A stretch of DNA of 33,085 bases from Bacteroidales bacterium (GTDB lineage: Bacteria; Bacteroidota; Bacteroidia; Bacteroidales; CG2-30-32-10), in the NCBI GenBank assembly GCA_041658145.1, contig JBBAAT010000001.1:1-33085 (forward strand), read 5' to 3'. The position numbers and the translations under genes were made by a program. Below are positions 7,553 through 15,647 of this stretch, one piece after another. The notes under the pieces are model-generated. The model was not told the origin of the DNA and made no database searches. It was given only the letters and a program-made list of their open reading frames with translations. Position 1 is the stretch's first letter. Each line of letters starts with the position of its first letter.

Positions 7553-8842
7553 ATGAAACGCATCCTTCCTTTCGCATGTTTTATTTTATTAATTAGCCCT
7601 GTTTATTCGCAGGATACCATCCGCGTTATGCATTACAACCTGTTGTGTTACGGACAAACCTGTTCTTATTCTAACTGTACATCGTCGAATAACGATGAAA
7701 CCGCAAAAAACGGATACCTGAAAACCATTATCAAATACGCTAAACCCGATATTTTTACAGTGAATGAAATTGCCAAAAACGCTGCCAAACACCAACTTCT
7801 GATGAATAATTGCCTGAATGTGGATGGTGTTACGTATTACCAAAAATGCAACTATTCAAATCAGTCCAACTCGGATCTTACAAACGAATTATATTACAAT
7901 TCTGATAAATTAGGCTTTTGTTCACAATACAATATTGGTACAAGTGTAAGGGATATCAATATTTACAAGCTTTATTTCAAGGCAGGAAATCTGAGTACTA
8001 CACACGATACAGCTTTTTTTACCTGCATTGTAACGCACCTGAAAGCAGGCAATACGAGTTCGGACTCTATTGAAAGGGCTACAATTACCAATACCATTAT
8101 GAATTACCTGAATTCAATCGGCGTTAAAGATAATTACATGGCGATGGGAGACTTTAATGTTTATTCGGGCAATGAGAAATGTTTTCAAAACCTTGTTAAT
8201 TATACAAACCCTGATATCAGGTTCTTTGATCCTGTTAATAAAATAGGAAACTGGCATGATGATTCATATTATGCGGATTATCATACACAATCTACGCATA
8301 CTTCATCAACAGGATGCTTTTCCACAGGCGGCATTGACGACAGATTTGATTTTATACTGATCTCCGATTACATAAAAAATGGGACTCAACATTTTCAATA
8401 TATCCCTTCAACATATAAAGCAATCGGACAGGATGGAAATCATTTAAACGATGCTGTAAATTACGGGACTAACAATAGCGCCCCGGACAGTGTAATTGAC
8501 GCACTCTATGGTATGTCCGATCATCTTCCGGTAATCCTTGATCTTCGCGTGAATCAGACAGCCGGTATAAACAACCTTCAAATTCCTGCTTTTACAAATG
8601 TGTATTTTGCAAACCCTGTAAATGATAACATGGATGTGACAGTCGAAGTTCCTGCAAAAACAAAATTGATATTCAATGTCATCAATTTGCTTGGGCAAAT
8701 ATTGTATTCAAAGGAGATTGAAACAACAGGTACGATAGCATATTGCAGTATTTCCACAGAGTCCCTTTATAAAGGTATATATTTCCTGAAAGTTTCGGAC
8801 AGCGGGAATAATAGTATTGTCAGGAAATTTGTTAAGGGGTAG
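7553..8842 (+). CDS. endonuclease/exonuclease/phosphatase (EEP) family protein with T9SS C-terminal sorting domain
   Basis: EEP motifs VMHYNLL, TVNEI, MGDFN and SDHLPV. A signal peptide follows MKRILPFACFILLISPVYSQ. C-terminal sorting-domain pattern (GIYFLKVSD...VRKFVKG). The ORF track starts at a TTG at 7535; the ATG at 7553 is preferred. Confidence 0.85.
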   Translation: MKRILPFACFILLISPVYSQDTIRVMHYNLLCYGQTCSYSNCTSSNNDETAKNGYLKTIIKYAKPDIFTVNEIAKNAAKHQLLMNNCLNVDGVTYYQKCNYSNQSNSDLTNELYYNSDKLGFCSQYNIGTSVRDINIYKLYFKAGNLSTTHDTAFFTCIVTHLKAGNTSSDSIERATITNTIMNYLNSIGVKDNYMAMGDFNVYSGNEKCFQNLVNYTNPDIRFFDPVNKIGNWHDDSYYADYHTQSTHTSSTGCFSTGGIDDRFDFILISDYIKNGTQHFQYIPSTYKAIGQDGNHLNDAVNYGTNNSAPDSVIDALYGMSDHLPVILDLRVNQTAGINNLQIPAFTNVYFANPVNDNMDVTVEVPAKTKLIFNVINLLGQILYSKEIETTGTIAYCSISTESLYKGIYFLKVSDSGNNSIVRKFVKG

Positions 8843-8853
8843 AACTTGATGAG

Positions 8854-9015
8854 TCAAGTATTACCATTTTCGTCAACCTTTTTTTTCCGTTTATATTTTT
8901 TCTTTTTATCCGGCGCTACCTTCGTACGGAAACGACCATCGTAATAACCGTCTTTCTTGCGCTTTTCACGCTCATCGGCTTCGATCATTTTCTTTATTTT
9001 CGATTTTTTTGCCAT
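8854..9015 (-). CDS. small highly basic protein (53 aa), unknown function
   Basis: Hand translation of the minus strand gives MAKKSKIKKMIEADEREKRKKDGYYDGRFRTKVAPDKKKKYKRKKKVDENGNT followed by a stop. It is below the ORF-track cutoff, fills the gap between the EEP gene and a MITE, and has no competing ORF. Confidence 0.45.
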   Translation of the reverse strand: MAKKSKIKKMIEADEREKRKKDGYYDGRFRTKVAPDKKKKYKRKKKVDENGNT

Positions 9016-9022
9016 TATATTA

Positions 9023-9351
9023 TAACTACTCAGCCACTATATTCGCCTTAATAGCCACAGATTTATTCGCATTTATTTCCATTTTTAAGGTGCTCATGAG
9101 TGCTACGCAGTTCACAGATTTTAAACTACCAAAGGTAGTTTTCTTTGTGAACTTAGCGAAGCCCCGCCTGAATGACACCGCCAGAATGACCTTGTCGGGC
9201 TGGCAGTCGGGCAGGGATCTCATGAACACATTGAAAATAAAATAGTCGTGAATAAAATTTATAAAAAAAAATTAATTTTAATCTGTGTAATCCCTGCCTT
9301 GCCGGCAGGCAGGTGTGGCGTTTTATTTTTGCTGCTGACTGATGTAGTTAC
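9023..9351. mobile_element. MITE-like non-autonomous element, family 'taactactcagcc', degenerate copy with nested insert
   Basis: Left end taactactcagccac and degenerate right end gctgactgatgtagttac. It shares internal modules with 15322-15640 (cacagattttaaactaccaaaggtagttttctttgtgaacttagcgaagc ... aatttataaaaaaaa ... ttttaatctgtgtaatc). It carries an extra ~52-bp segment (about 9159-9210) between gcgaagc and gatctca. Confidence 0.8.
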
Positions 9352-9353
9352 AA

Positions 9354-12281
9354 TTACTTTTTGAATAAATTTTTTTCTTTTATTTTTACAATTTTCCCGA
9401 ATTTAGCGATATCCTGCATATTCAGGCGTTTTTCGTCGCCTACAATACAAATAACAATTGGCTTACCTTTGATATTGGTCTTATAAAAATTCAGGATGTC
9501 ATTAAAAGTAAGATTCTTGTAAGTTTCAAGTTTATATTTTGCAGGGTCTTCGTAATATCCTTTCAATTTCCAGCTCACAATTTTTTCGCTCAGCTCCCTG
9601 AAATCGGGCCGGCTTGCAAAAGCTTCCTGTACTAATGAACTGCGAATGGTCTCAATGCGGTCTTCTTTTTCGGGCATATTAGTAACAAGGCTGTCGAACA
9701 CGCTGATTGCCTCAACAGTCTTGTCTGCCTGAGTTCCTATGTATCCAATAAAACTGGAGCGTTTACCGGTTAATAAAGGTATAGAATAAGAAGCTCCTGC
9801 TGAGTATGCCATAGAGCGGTATTCGCGGATTTCCTGGATAACAAGCCCTGAGAATCCACCGCCAAAATAATCATTGAATGCATCAATAGATGCCTCCTTG
9901 TCAATTGAATAATCTTCACCTTTTATATAAAAATATATCTGGCTTTGTACGGCGTCTTTTCGGTTCACAAAGAACACCGTATTTTCATTATATATTTCAT
10001 CATTCAACACCACAGGTGATTCGCTGGCTTTCATGTACTGTGGAAATTTTATGCTGGTCTTAAAAATGTCAAGTATTGTATCAAAATCAAATTTATTGCC
10101 TACGTAATGTATCTGCGCCTCATAGTCCATTCCTTTTTTGAATACTGCCAACAGGCTGTCGGTATTCAGCGCTTTGATTTCTTTCATGTTAAGGCGGTTC
10201 AGGAAAGAAGACCTGTTTTTCTTGCGGACATATTGCAGTAACGCCTTTGAAACACTTGGTGCATCAGCATTCTCAAGTTTGCGTGAAGTTTTTTCCTGAT
10301 CGATGATATTTTTCATCTTGTTCTTTTCAACTACAGGATTAGTTATAAGATCCTGCAACAATTCCAACGCAGGTTTCAGATCATCTTCAATACCGTCGAG
10401 TTCAATGGTCATATAATCATCATCGCAACTAAATGTGTATGTGCAGCCTATTTTTTGGAATGCTGTTTTTATTTCGGTGAGTGTTTTTGTCTTTGTGCCT
10501 GCATAATTCATTAGTTCTGCAGCATAATATAATTGTGGTATTTTATATTTACCCACTCCAAATTGAAATGTAAGAGAATAGATGTCGTTTTCCGGATTGT
10601 TGGTATAATATAAGGTAAGGCCTTTGTTCAGTCCGGATATTTTCACATCTTCGTTGAAGTTCACAAAAACAGCTTTAGGTTCTTTTCCCTGCATCTTTTC
10701 AAACTTTTCTGCAAAGGGAGATTTGGTATCCATCTTTGGTTTTATGGGTTCGTATCCTGGTTTTTCAAGTTTTTCTTTTTTCGGAAACCCCATTTTGGAA
10801 AGCAGGATCAAATAATTCCGGTTATAATATTTTTCAGCCGTTTTTATTACATCGTCTTTGGTGATGTTCTTAACCTTTTGTACATATTCCAGAAATTCAT
10901 CAATATCTCTTTTTTGCGAAAATGCCTGCGCAAGTAAAACGGTTCTTGAATCGAAATTTTCGAGCGACATTTCGAATTCCTTATAAATATCTTTTTTTAC
11001 TGCATCAAGCAGCCAGTCGTCGAATTCACCCTTTCTGAGTTTTGCAAACTGCTCCATGATCAAACTTTCAGCATTTTCAAACGATTGCCCGAGTATTTTT
11101 GGAACAAACAGGAAAACACCGGAACCGTAATCATTGTTCTGTCCAAGAGGAATATATTGTGCGGCCAATAATTTGTTGTCGAGTACAAGTTTGTCTAATA
11201 GTCCTGTCTGTCCTGAATTTGAAAGGATACTGTTACATACGTCAAGCGGGATTTCATCAGTATCTCCATTGGGGACGGTGCGAAATCCAATGATGCCAAG
11301 TTTTATGGGTGTCATCTTTACGTTAACGGCTTCTCTTCCTTTAAAGGGTTCTTCCTTGTATTCCGGGTATTGCGGTACTGTATCCGATTTCCACTTGCTG
11401 AATTTTTCTTTGATCATCGGTAGTATTTCATCGGTATTAAAATCGCCACACATCACAAGCGCCATATTGTTTGCAACATAGTATGTTTTATAAAATTCGT
11501 ACATGGCATTTAATGACGGGTTCTTCAGATGCTCTATCGTACCTATGGTTGACTGTTGTCCATAAGGATGTTTTTTATAAAGATTTTTCAAAAAAGTTTC
11601 AATGAAAGGAAACACAAAATTATCCATCGAACGGTTTTTTTCTTCGTATACCACTTCTAATTCCGATTGGAATGAACGAAACACCGGGTTTATAAAGCGC
11701 CGGCTGTATAGTTCAAGCCATTTTTCTATTTGGTTCGGAGGAAAAGCATTGTGGAAAAATGTCATTTCTTCTGCCGTAAAAGCATTCATGCCTGTACCGC
11801 CAATACTTTTAATCAGTTTGTCGGTTTCTGTAGGAACAGCGTATTCTCCGGCTTTTAACGATTGCTCATTGATTTGTTTCTGGATTTCTTTCCGCTTTAC
11901 CTCATCTGTAGTTTTTCCAAGCGAGTCATAGAGCGCATAGATATTTTCAAGATATGGCTTTTCTTTTTCAAAATCGGTGGTGCCCATTTCTTCTGTGCCT
12001 TTAAAAAGCATGTGTTCCAGGTAATGAGCGATGCCTGTATGATTGGGCGGGTCATTTTTACTTCCTGCTTTAACAACCACACCGCCAAATACAAGAGGTT
12101 TGGAATGATCTTCATTTAATAACACAGTGAGTCCGTTATCTAATATATACCTGGAAACCTTCAGAGTAGTAGTCTGTTTTTGCTGACCTAAAACATTCCC
12201 TGTCAGGATAAATAAAAAGATACCTGCAAGACCAATCGTAATTTTTAGAATTCGGGATATCATAACAAATTGATTTAACAT
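9354..12281 (-). CDS. M16 family (insulinase/pitrilysin-like) zinc peptidase, tandem M16 modules
   Basis: 975-aa ORF with a signal-like N-terminus. Inverted zincin motif HxxEH in GIAHYLEHMLFKG. The length fits an active plus an inactive M16 half. Confidence 0.85.
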   Translation of the reverse strand: MLNQFVMISRILKITIGLAGIFLFILTGNVLGQQKQTTTLKVSRYILDNGLTVLLNEDHSKPLVFGGVVVKAGSKNDPPNHTGIAHYLEHMLFKGTEEMGTTDFEKEKPYLENIYALYDSLGKTTDEVKRKEIQKQINEQSLKAGEYAVPTETDKLIKSIGGTGMNAFTAEEMTFFHNAFPPNQIEKWLELYSRRFINPVFRSFQSELEVVYEEKNRSMDNFVFPFIETFLKNLYKKHPYGQQSTIGTIEHLKNPSLNAMYEFYKTYYVANNMALVMCGDFNTDEILPMIKEKFSKWKSDTVPQYPEYKEEPFKGREAVNVKMTPIKLGIIGFRTVPNGDTDEIPLDVCNSILSNSGQTGLLDKLVLDNKLLAAQYIPLGQNNDYGSGVFLFVPKILGQSFENAESLIMEQFAKLRKGEFDDWLLDAVKKDIYKEFEMSLENFDSRTVLLAQAFSQKRDIDEFLEYVQKVKNITKDDVIKTAEKYYNRNYLILLSKMGFPKKEKLEKPGYEPIKPKMDTKSPFAEKFEKMQGKEPKAVFVNFNEDVKISGLNKGLTLYYTNNPENDIYSLTFQFGVGKYKIPQLYYAAELMNYAGTKTKTLTEIKTAFQKIGCTYTFSCDDDYMTIELDGIEDDLKPALELLQDLITNPVVEKNKMKNIIDQEKTSRKLENADAPSVSKALLQYVRKKNRSSFLNRLNMKEIKALNTDSLLAVFKKGMDYEAQIHYVGNKFDFDTILDIFKTSIKFPQYMKASESPVVLNDEIYNENTVFFVNRKDAVQSQIYFYIKGEDYSIDKEASIDAFNDYFGGGFSGLVIQEIREYRSMAYSAGASYSIPLLTGKRSSFIGYIGTQADKTVEAISVFDSLVTNMPEKEDRIETIRSSLVQEAFASRPDFRELSEKIVSWKLKGYYEDPAKYKLETYKNLTFNDILNFYKTNIKGKPIVICIVGDEKRLNMQDIAKFGKIVKIKEKNLFKK

Positions 12282-12348
12282 ATAAAATGAAACGACTAAA
12301 TTAATAAGTTTATAGATTGAATATTATAATTTTATTAACAGATAATGA

Positions 12349-12384
12349 CAAAAAAGACCATGACTGAATTGTCATGGTCTTTTA
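12349..12384 (-). terminator. rho-independent terminator (bidirectional-looking) downstream of 12402-12743
   Basis: Perfect 10-bp stem agaccatgac (12355-12364) / gtcatggtct (12371-12380) with a 6-nt loop. The A-run at 12350-12355 is a T-run on the minus strand. A T-run at 12380-12383 lies on the plus strand. Confidence 0.65.
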
Positions 12385-12401
12385 TCGATTATAAATATGG
12401 A

Positions 12402-12743
12402 TTATTTTTCACGTTTAAATTCAAACTTTACATCATAGGTCTTACTTGTATTTTCCTTTGAAGGAATAATTTTAAGGTTCATAAGTTTACCTACTATATA
12501 ATCTTTAAGGTTTGCATCACTTTCATTTGTCAGATTCACACAAATTGTTCCGTCGGAATTTACCGTAAAATTCACCAGAACAAACCCTTCAAGTTTTTGC
12601 TGTTTTGCAAAATCGGGATAAGAGATTTCTTTATTAAGTAATTTGTCGATGCTGGTAGTTTTGGGATTTCCTGCATTTGCAGTGTCTAAGCTTGCAATTG
12701 TGAAAATCACTAAGCTTATCAGTATTGTCATTTTTATTTTCAT
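12402..12743 (-). CDS. small secreted protein, possibly TonB C-terminal-domain-like
   Basis: 113-aa ORF with a signal peptide. The segment ISYPDFAKQQKLEGFVLVNFTVNSDGTI resembles the TonB_C pattern (YP..A....EG.V.V.F.V..DG). The product call is tentative. Confidence 0.6.
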   Translation of the reverse strand: MKIKMTILISLVIFTIASLDTANAGNPKTTSIDKLLNKEISYPDFAKQQKLEGFVLVNFTVNSDGTICVNLTNESDANLKDYIVGKLMNLKIIPSKENTSKTYDVKFEFKREK

Positions 12744-12963
12744 GGCTTTTGTTTTTAAGGTTTATACTTTGGTTTCAAATTCAATCATAAGACGCCAATG
12801 AAAATCTAAAAGTTACAGGAGAAATGATTTTTTTCGTAACTTCATTTAAATATTTTTCAGTTTAAACAAAAAATATTATTTTTGAATCATCAAAGCAAGT
12901 TAAACACAATCCCGAAGTTTCGGGATGAAACTTGACAAGTACTAACCTTTAAAATGAAAAAAA

Positions 12964-14268
12964 ATGAAAAAAATTACATTATTATTTTTGCTCATTTTTG
13001 CGATAGCAAAAACTTATGCACAGAATTATCAAATCAGTTTTGCAGGAACAGGAGCAAGTACGACTGTTGACTCTGTACAAGTAGAAAACCTGACACAATG
13101 TACCGACACGATCCTTGGTGGAAGCGATATATTGCACCTTACAGCAACGGTGGTAGGAATAAACGAATTGAACACCAGTGCAGAGAATACTTTGCATATC
13201 TATCCGAACCCAATGACAGGTAATTGTTCAGTGGATTTTGAAGCAACTGCTCAAAGCAAAACGACTATTGGATTATACGACATAACTGGAAAAAGAATTT
13301 TGCAAGTGCAGGAATTATTATTAAAAGGATATCATACATACAGCCTGAGCGGAATTAACAGTGGAATATATTTCATTAAAGTAGAATCGGACAAATTTTT
13401 ATATACTGCAAAAATAATAAGCAGTAATGCAACATTTGGTATAGTTGAAATAAAGCATATTGGAACGACGCCGGGCATAGATAAACAAAGTACAACTTCA
13501 AACCTGCCTACCGGACAGGCAGGTACAGGAAAAATGAAGAGTTTGAAAAGCGATAAATCAGTAATAGATATGCAATATACCACTGGCGACAGATTGAAAC
13601 TGACAGGAAAATCAGGTGTTTACCGTACTGTCTTTATGCTCGTGCCAACCCAAACCCAAACTGTTACTTTTAATTTTGTTGCTTGCACCGATGCCGATAA
13701 CAACAACTATTCTGTAGTACAAATAGGGACACAAGTTTGGATGGCTGAAAACCTAAAAACCACTAAATACCGCAATGGCGATCCTATACCCAACGTTACC
13801 GATTACACGGCATGGAGCAATCTTATATCAGGGGCTTATTGTGATTATGACAATACACCAAGCAATAGTACAATTTATGGTAAACTTTACAACTGGTATA
13901 CCATTGTTGATTCACGTAATTTATGCCCTACCGGCTGGCACGTGCCCACCGATGCCGAGTGGACATCACTGGTAGACTCTTTGGGAGGCGAAAGTGTTGC
14001 CGGCCGCAAACTGAAAGAAATCGATTCAGCACATTGGCAAAGTCCTAATTTAGCGACCAATGAAAGCGGTTTTACAGCCCTTCCGGGCGCCATGCGTAGC
14101 TGGAATGGTACATTCGATTATATTGGCGTCTACGGTTACTGGTGGAGTTCTTCAGAGTACAATACATACGACGCTTGGTACCGCTACATGTACTACTTTT
14201 CTTACGATGTTTTTAAAAACTACAACGATAAGCAAAATGGGTTGTCAGTTCGTTGCTTGAGGGATTAA
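12964..14268 (+). CDS. FISUMP (Fibrobacter succinogenes major paralogous) domain protein with an internal T9SS-sorting-like domain
   Basis: 434-aa ORF with a signal peptide. The C-terminal half carries FISUMP hallmarks (VQIGTQVWMAENL, YGKLYNWYT, CPTGWHVPTDAEW, NESGFTALPGA, YWWSS). Residues ~77-154 (LHIYPNPMTGNCSVDFE...GIYFIKVES...AKIISS) look like a T9SS sorting domain. Confidence 0.85.
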   Translation: MKKITLLFLLIFAIAKTYAQNYQISFAGTGASTTVDSVQVENLTQCTDTILGGSDILHLTATVVGINELNTSAENTLHIYPNPMTGNCSVDFEATAQSKTTIGLYDITGKRILQVQELLLKGYHTYSLSGINSGIYFIKVESDKFLYTAKIISSNATFGIVEIKHIGTTPGIDKQSTTSNLPTGQAGTGKMKSLKSDKSVIDMQYTTGDRLKLTGKSGVYRTVFMLVPTQTQTVTFNFVACTDADNNNYSVVQIGTQVWMAENLKTTKYRNGDPIPNVTDYTAWSNLISGAYCDYDNTPSNSTIYGKLYNWYTIVDSRNLCPTGWHVPTDAEWTSLVDSLGGESVAGRKLKEIDSAHWQSPNLATNESGFTALPGAMRSWNGTFDYIGVYGYWWSSSEYNTYDAWYRYMYYFSYDVFKNYNDKQNGLSVRCLRD

Positions 14269-14459
14269 TTTATTTGACTATTTGATTTACCCCGTAGGAT
14301 AAAAAATATATTGGAACTACAAAAAAAAATTATAGCACTATTCAACGGGGTGAATTTACCGCAAAGTTTACCCTGTTGAGCTTGCTCTTTAGGGCGGTCG
14401 ATTTTTATTTTTAATAAATGGCAAATAATTATGATCTAAAAAATGAGTGAAAGACCAAC

Positions 14460-14510
14460 GAAACGCTAACAGGCGTTTGCTGTCAGTGGCGCGACTGTGG
14501 CTCGTAAGAT
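14460..14510 (+). repeat. intergenic repeat family 'aacaggcgtttgc', copy 2
   Basis: ctaacaggcgtttgctgtcagtggcg...gtggctcgtaagat parallels 5640-5700. Confidence 0.7.
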
Positions 14511-14623
14511 CCCGATACGCAAAATACTATTGGGACAGGCAGGAAAGTAATAAATTTAAACGGCAGTGCTTCATGGAAAATGCAGTAGGTTAATATTGCC
14601 ACCGAAAAGCAACCGCCAAAACG

Positions 14624-15298
14624 TTATTCTTTTTTCCCTTCCACAACAATAACAATCTCCCCCTTCACCACTTTGCTTTTAAAATATTCAAGGATTTCGG
14701 TAAGTGTTCCCCTTTTTGTTTCTTCGTATAACTTAGTAAGTTCGCGGGATACAGAAGCTTTGCGTTCTGCGCCGAAGTGAATGGAAAATTCTTCGAGGGC
14801 TTTTACTAAGCGATGTGGCGATTCGTAAAAGACAAGTGTGTAAGGCATTTCGGCAAGTTCTTTAAGCCTCGTTTGCCTGCCTTTTTTCTGCGGAAGGAAT
14901 CCTTCAAAGTGAAAACAATTGCATGGAAGTCCGCTGACAACAAGAGCTGGAACAAATGCGACGGGACCGGGCAAACATTCTACTTCAATACCTGCTTTGA
15001 GGCATTCGCGTACCAAAAGAAATCCCGGATCGGAAATGCCTGGCGTGCCTGCATCGCTTACGAGAGCAATGTCTTCTCCTCTCAGAATTCTTTCTGTAAT
15101 TAATGGAACTTCGCGATGTTCGTTGTGCAGATGATGAGCCATCATGCGGGTTTTAATTCCGTAATGCTTTAGAAGTTTACTTGTGGTGCGGGTGTCTTCG
15201 GCAAGTATCAGGTTAACTTCTTTTAAAACACGGATAGCCCGGAGGGTAATATCCTCAAGATTTCCAATAGGAGTAGGTACTATGTATAGTTTTGACAT
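14624..15298 (-). CDS. rsmI: 16S rRNA (cytidine1402-2'-O)-methyltransferase
   Basis: 224-aa ORF. Its N-terminus LYIVPTPIGNLEDITLRA, plus EDTR and DAGTPGISDPG, are classic RsmI (tetrapyrrole-methylase fold) motifs. Confidence 0.9.
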   Translation of the reverse strand: MSKLYIVPTPIGNLEDITLRAIRVLKEVNLILAEDTRTTSKLLKHYGIKTRMMAHHLHNEHREVPLITERILRGEDIALVSDAGTPGISDPGFLLVRECLKAGIEVECLPGPVAFVPALVVSGLPCNCFHFEGFLPQKKGRQTRLKELAEMPYTLVFYESPHRLVKALEEFSIHFGAERKASVSRELTKLYEETKRGTLTEILEYFKSKVVKGEIVIVVEGKKE

Positions 15299-15321
15299 TT
15301 TTTTTCAAAAATACAAATTAT

Positions 15322-15640
15322 GTAACTACTCAGCCACTACATTAGCCTTAATAGCCACAGATTTCACAGATTTTAAACTACCAAAGGTAGTTTTCTTTGT
15401 GAACTTAGCGAAGCGATCTCACAAACACATTGAAAATAAAAATTTTGTGAGTAACTTAGCGAAGCGATCTCACGAACACCTTAAAAATAAATAATTTGTG
15501 AGTAACTTAGCGAAGCGATCTCACGAACACCTTAAAAATAAATAATTTGTGAGTAAAATTTATAAAAAAAAATAATTTTAATCTGTGTAATCTGTGGCAT
15601 GTATTTGTTTTTTAACATTTTAAATCGGCTGAGTAGTTAC
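15322..15640. mobile_element. MITE (319 bp) with perfect 14-bp TIRs and 8-bp target-site duplication
   Basis: TIRs gtaactactcagcc (15322-15335) and ggctgagtagttac (15627-15640) are exact reverse complements. They are flanked by identical caaattat at 15314-15321 and 15641-15648. The element has no coding capacity. Confidence 0.9.
15396..15556 (+). repeat. tandem repeat inside the MITE (about 3.2 copies, period 48-51 bp)
   Basis: The unit tgtgagtaacttagcgaagcgatctcacgaacaccttaaaaataaataattt recurs, with its tgtga anchor at 15398, 15446, 15497 and 15548. The last two full units are identical. Confidence 0.9.
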
Positions 15641-15647
15641 CAAATTA

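Noticed and set aside
9009-9245. ORF-track ORFs 9009-9245 (+), 9026-9229 (-) and 15183-15494 (+)
   Set aside because: They run entirely through MITE/repeat sequence or antisense to rsmI. Their apparent conservation is explained by the DNA repeat. There are no protein motifs.
10624-12119. Several 60-115-aa ORFs inside and antisense to the M16 peptidase gene (10624-10815, 11099-11293, 11134-11481, 11602-11931, 11862-12119, 11897-12115)
   Set aside because: All are nested in a 975-aa ORF that carries the HxxEH motif, and none has independent support.
15396-15556. Possible CRISPR array (regularly spaced ~50-bp repeats)
   Set aside because: The units are directly adjacent tandem repeats with no unique spacers, and the last two are identical throughout. 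The array lies inside a TIR-bounded MITE, and no cas genes are present.
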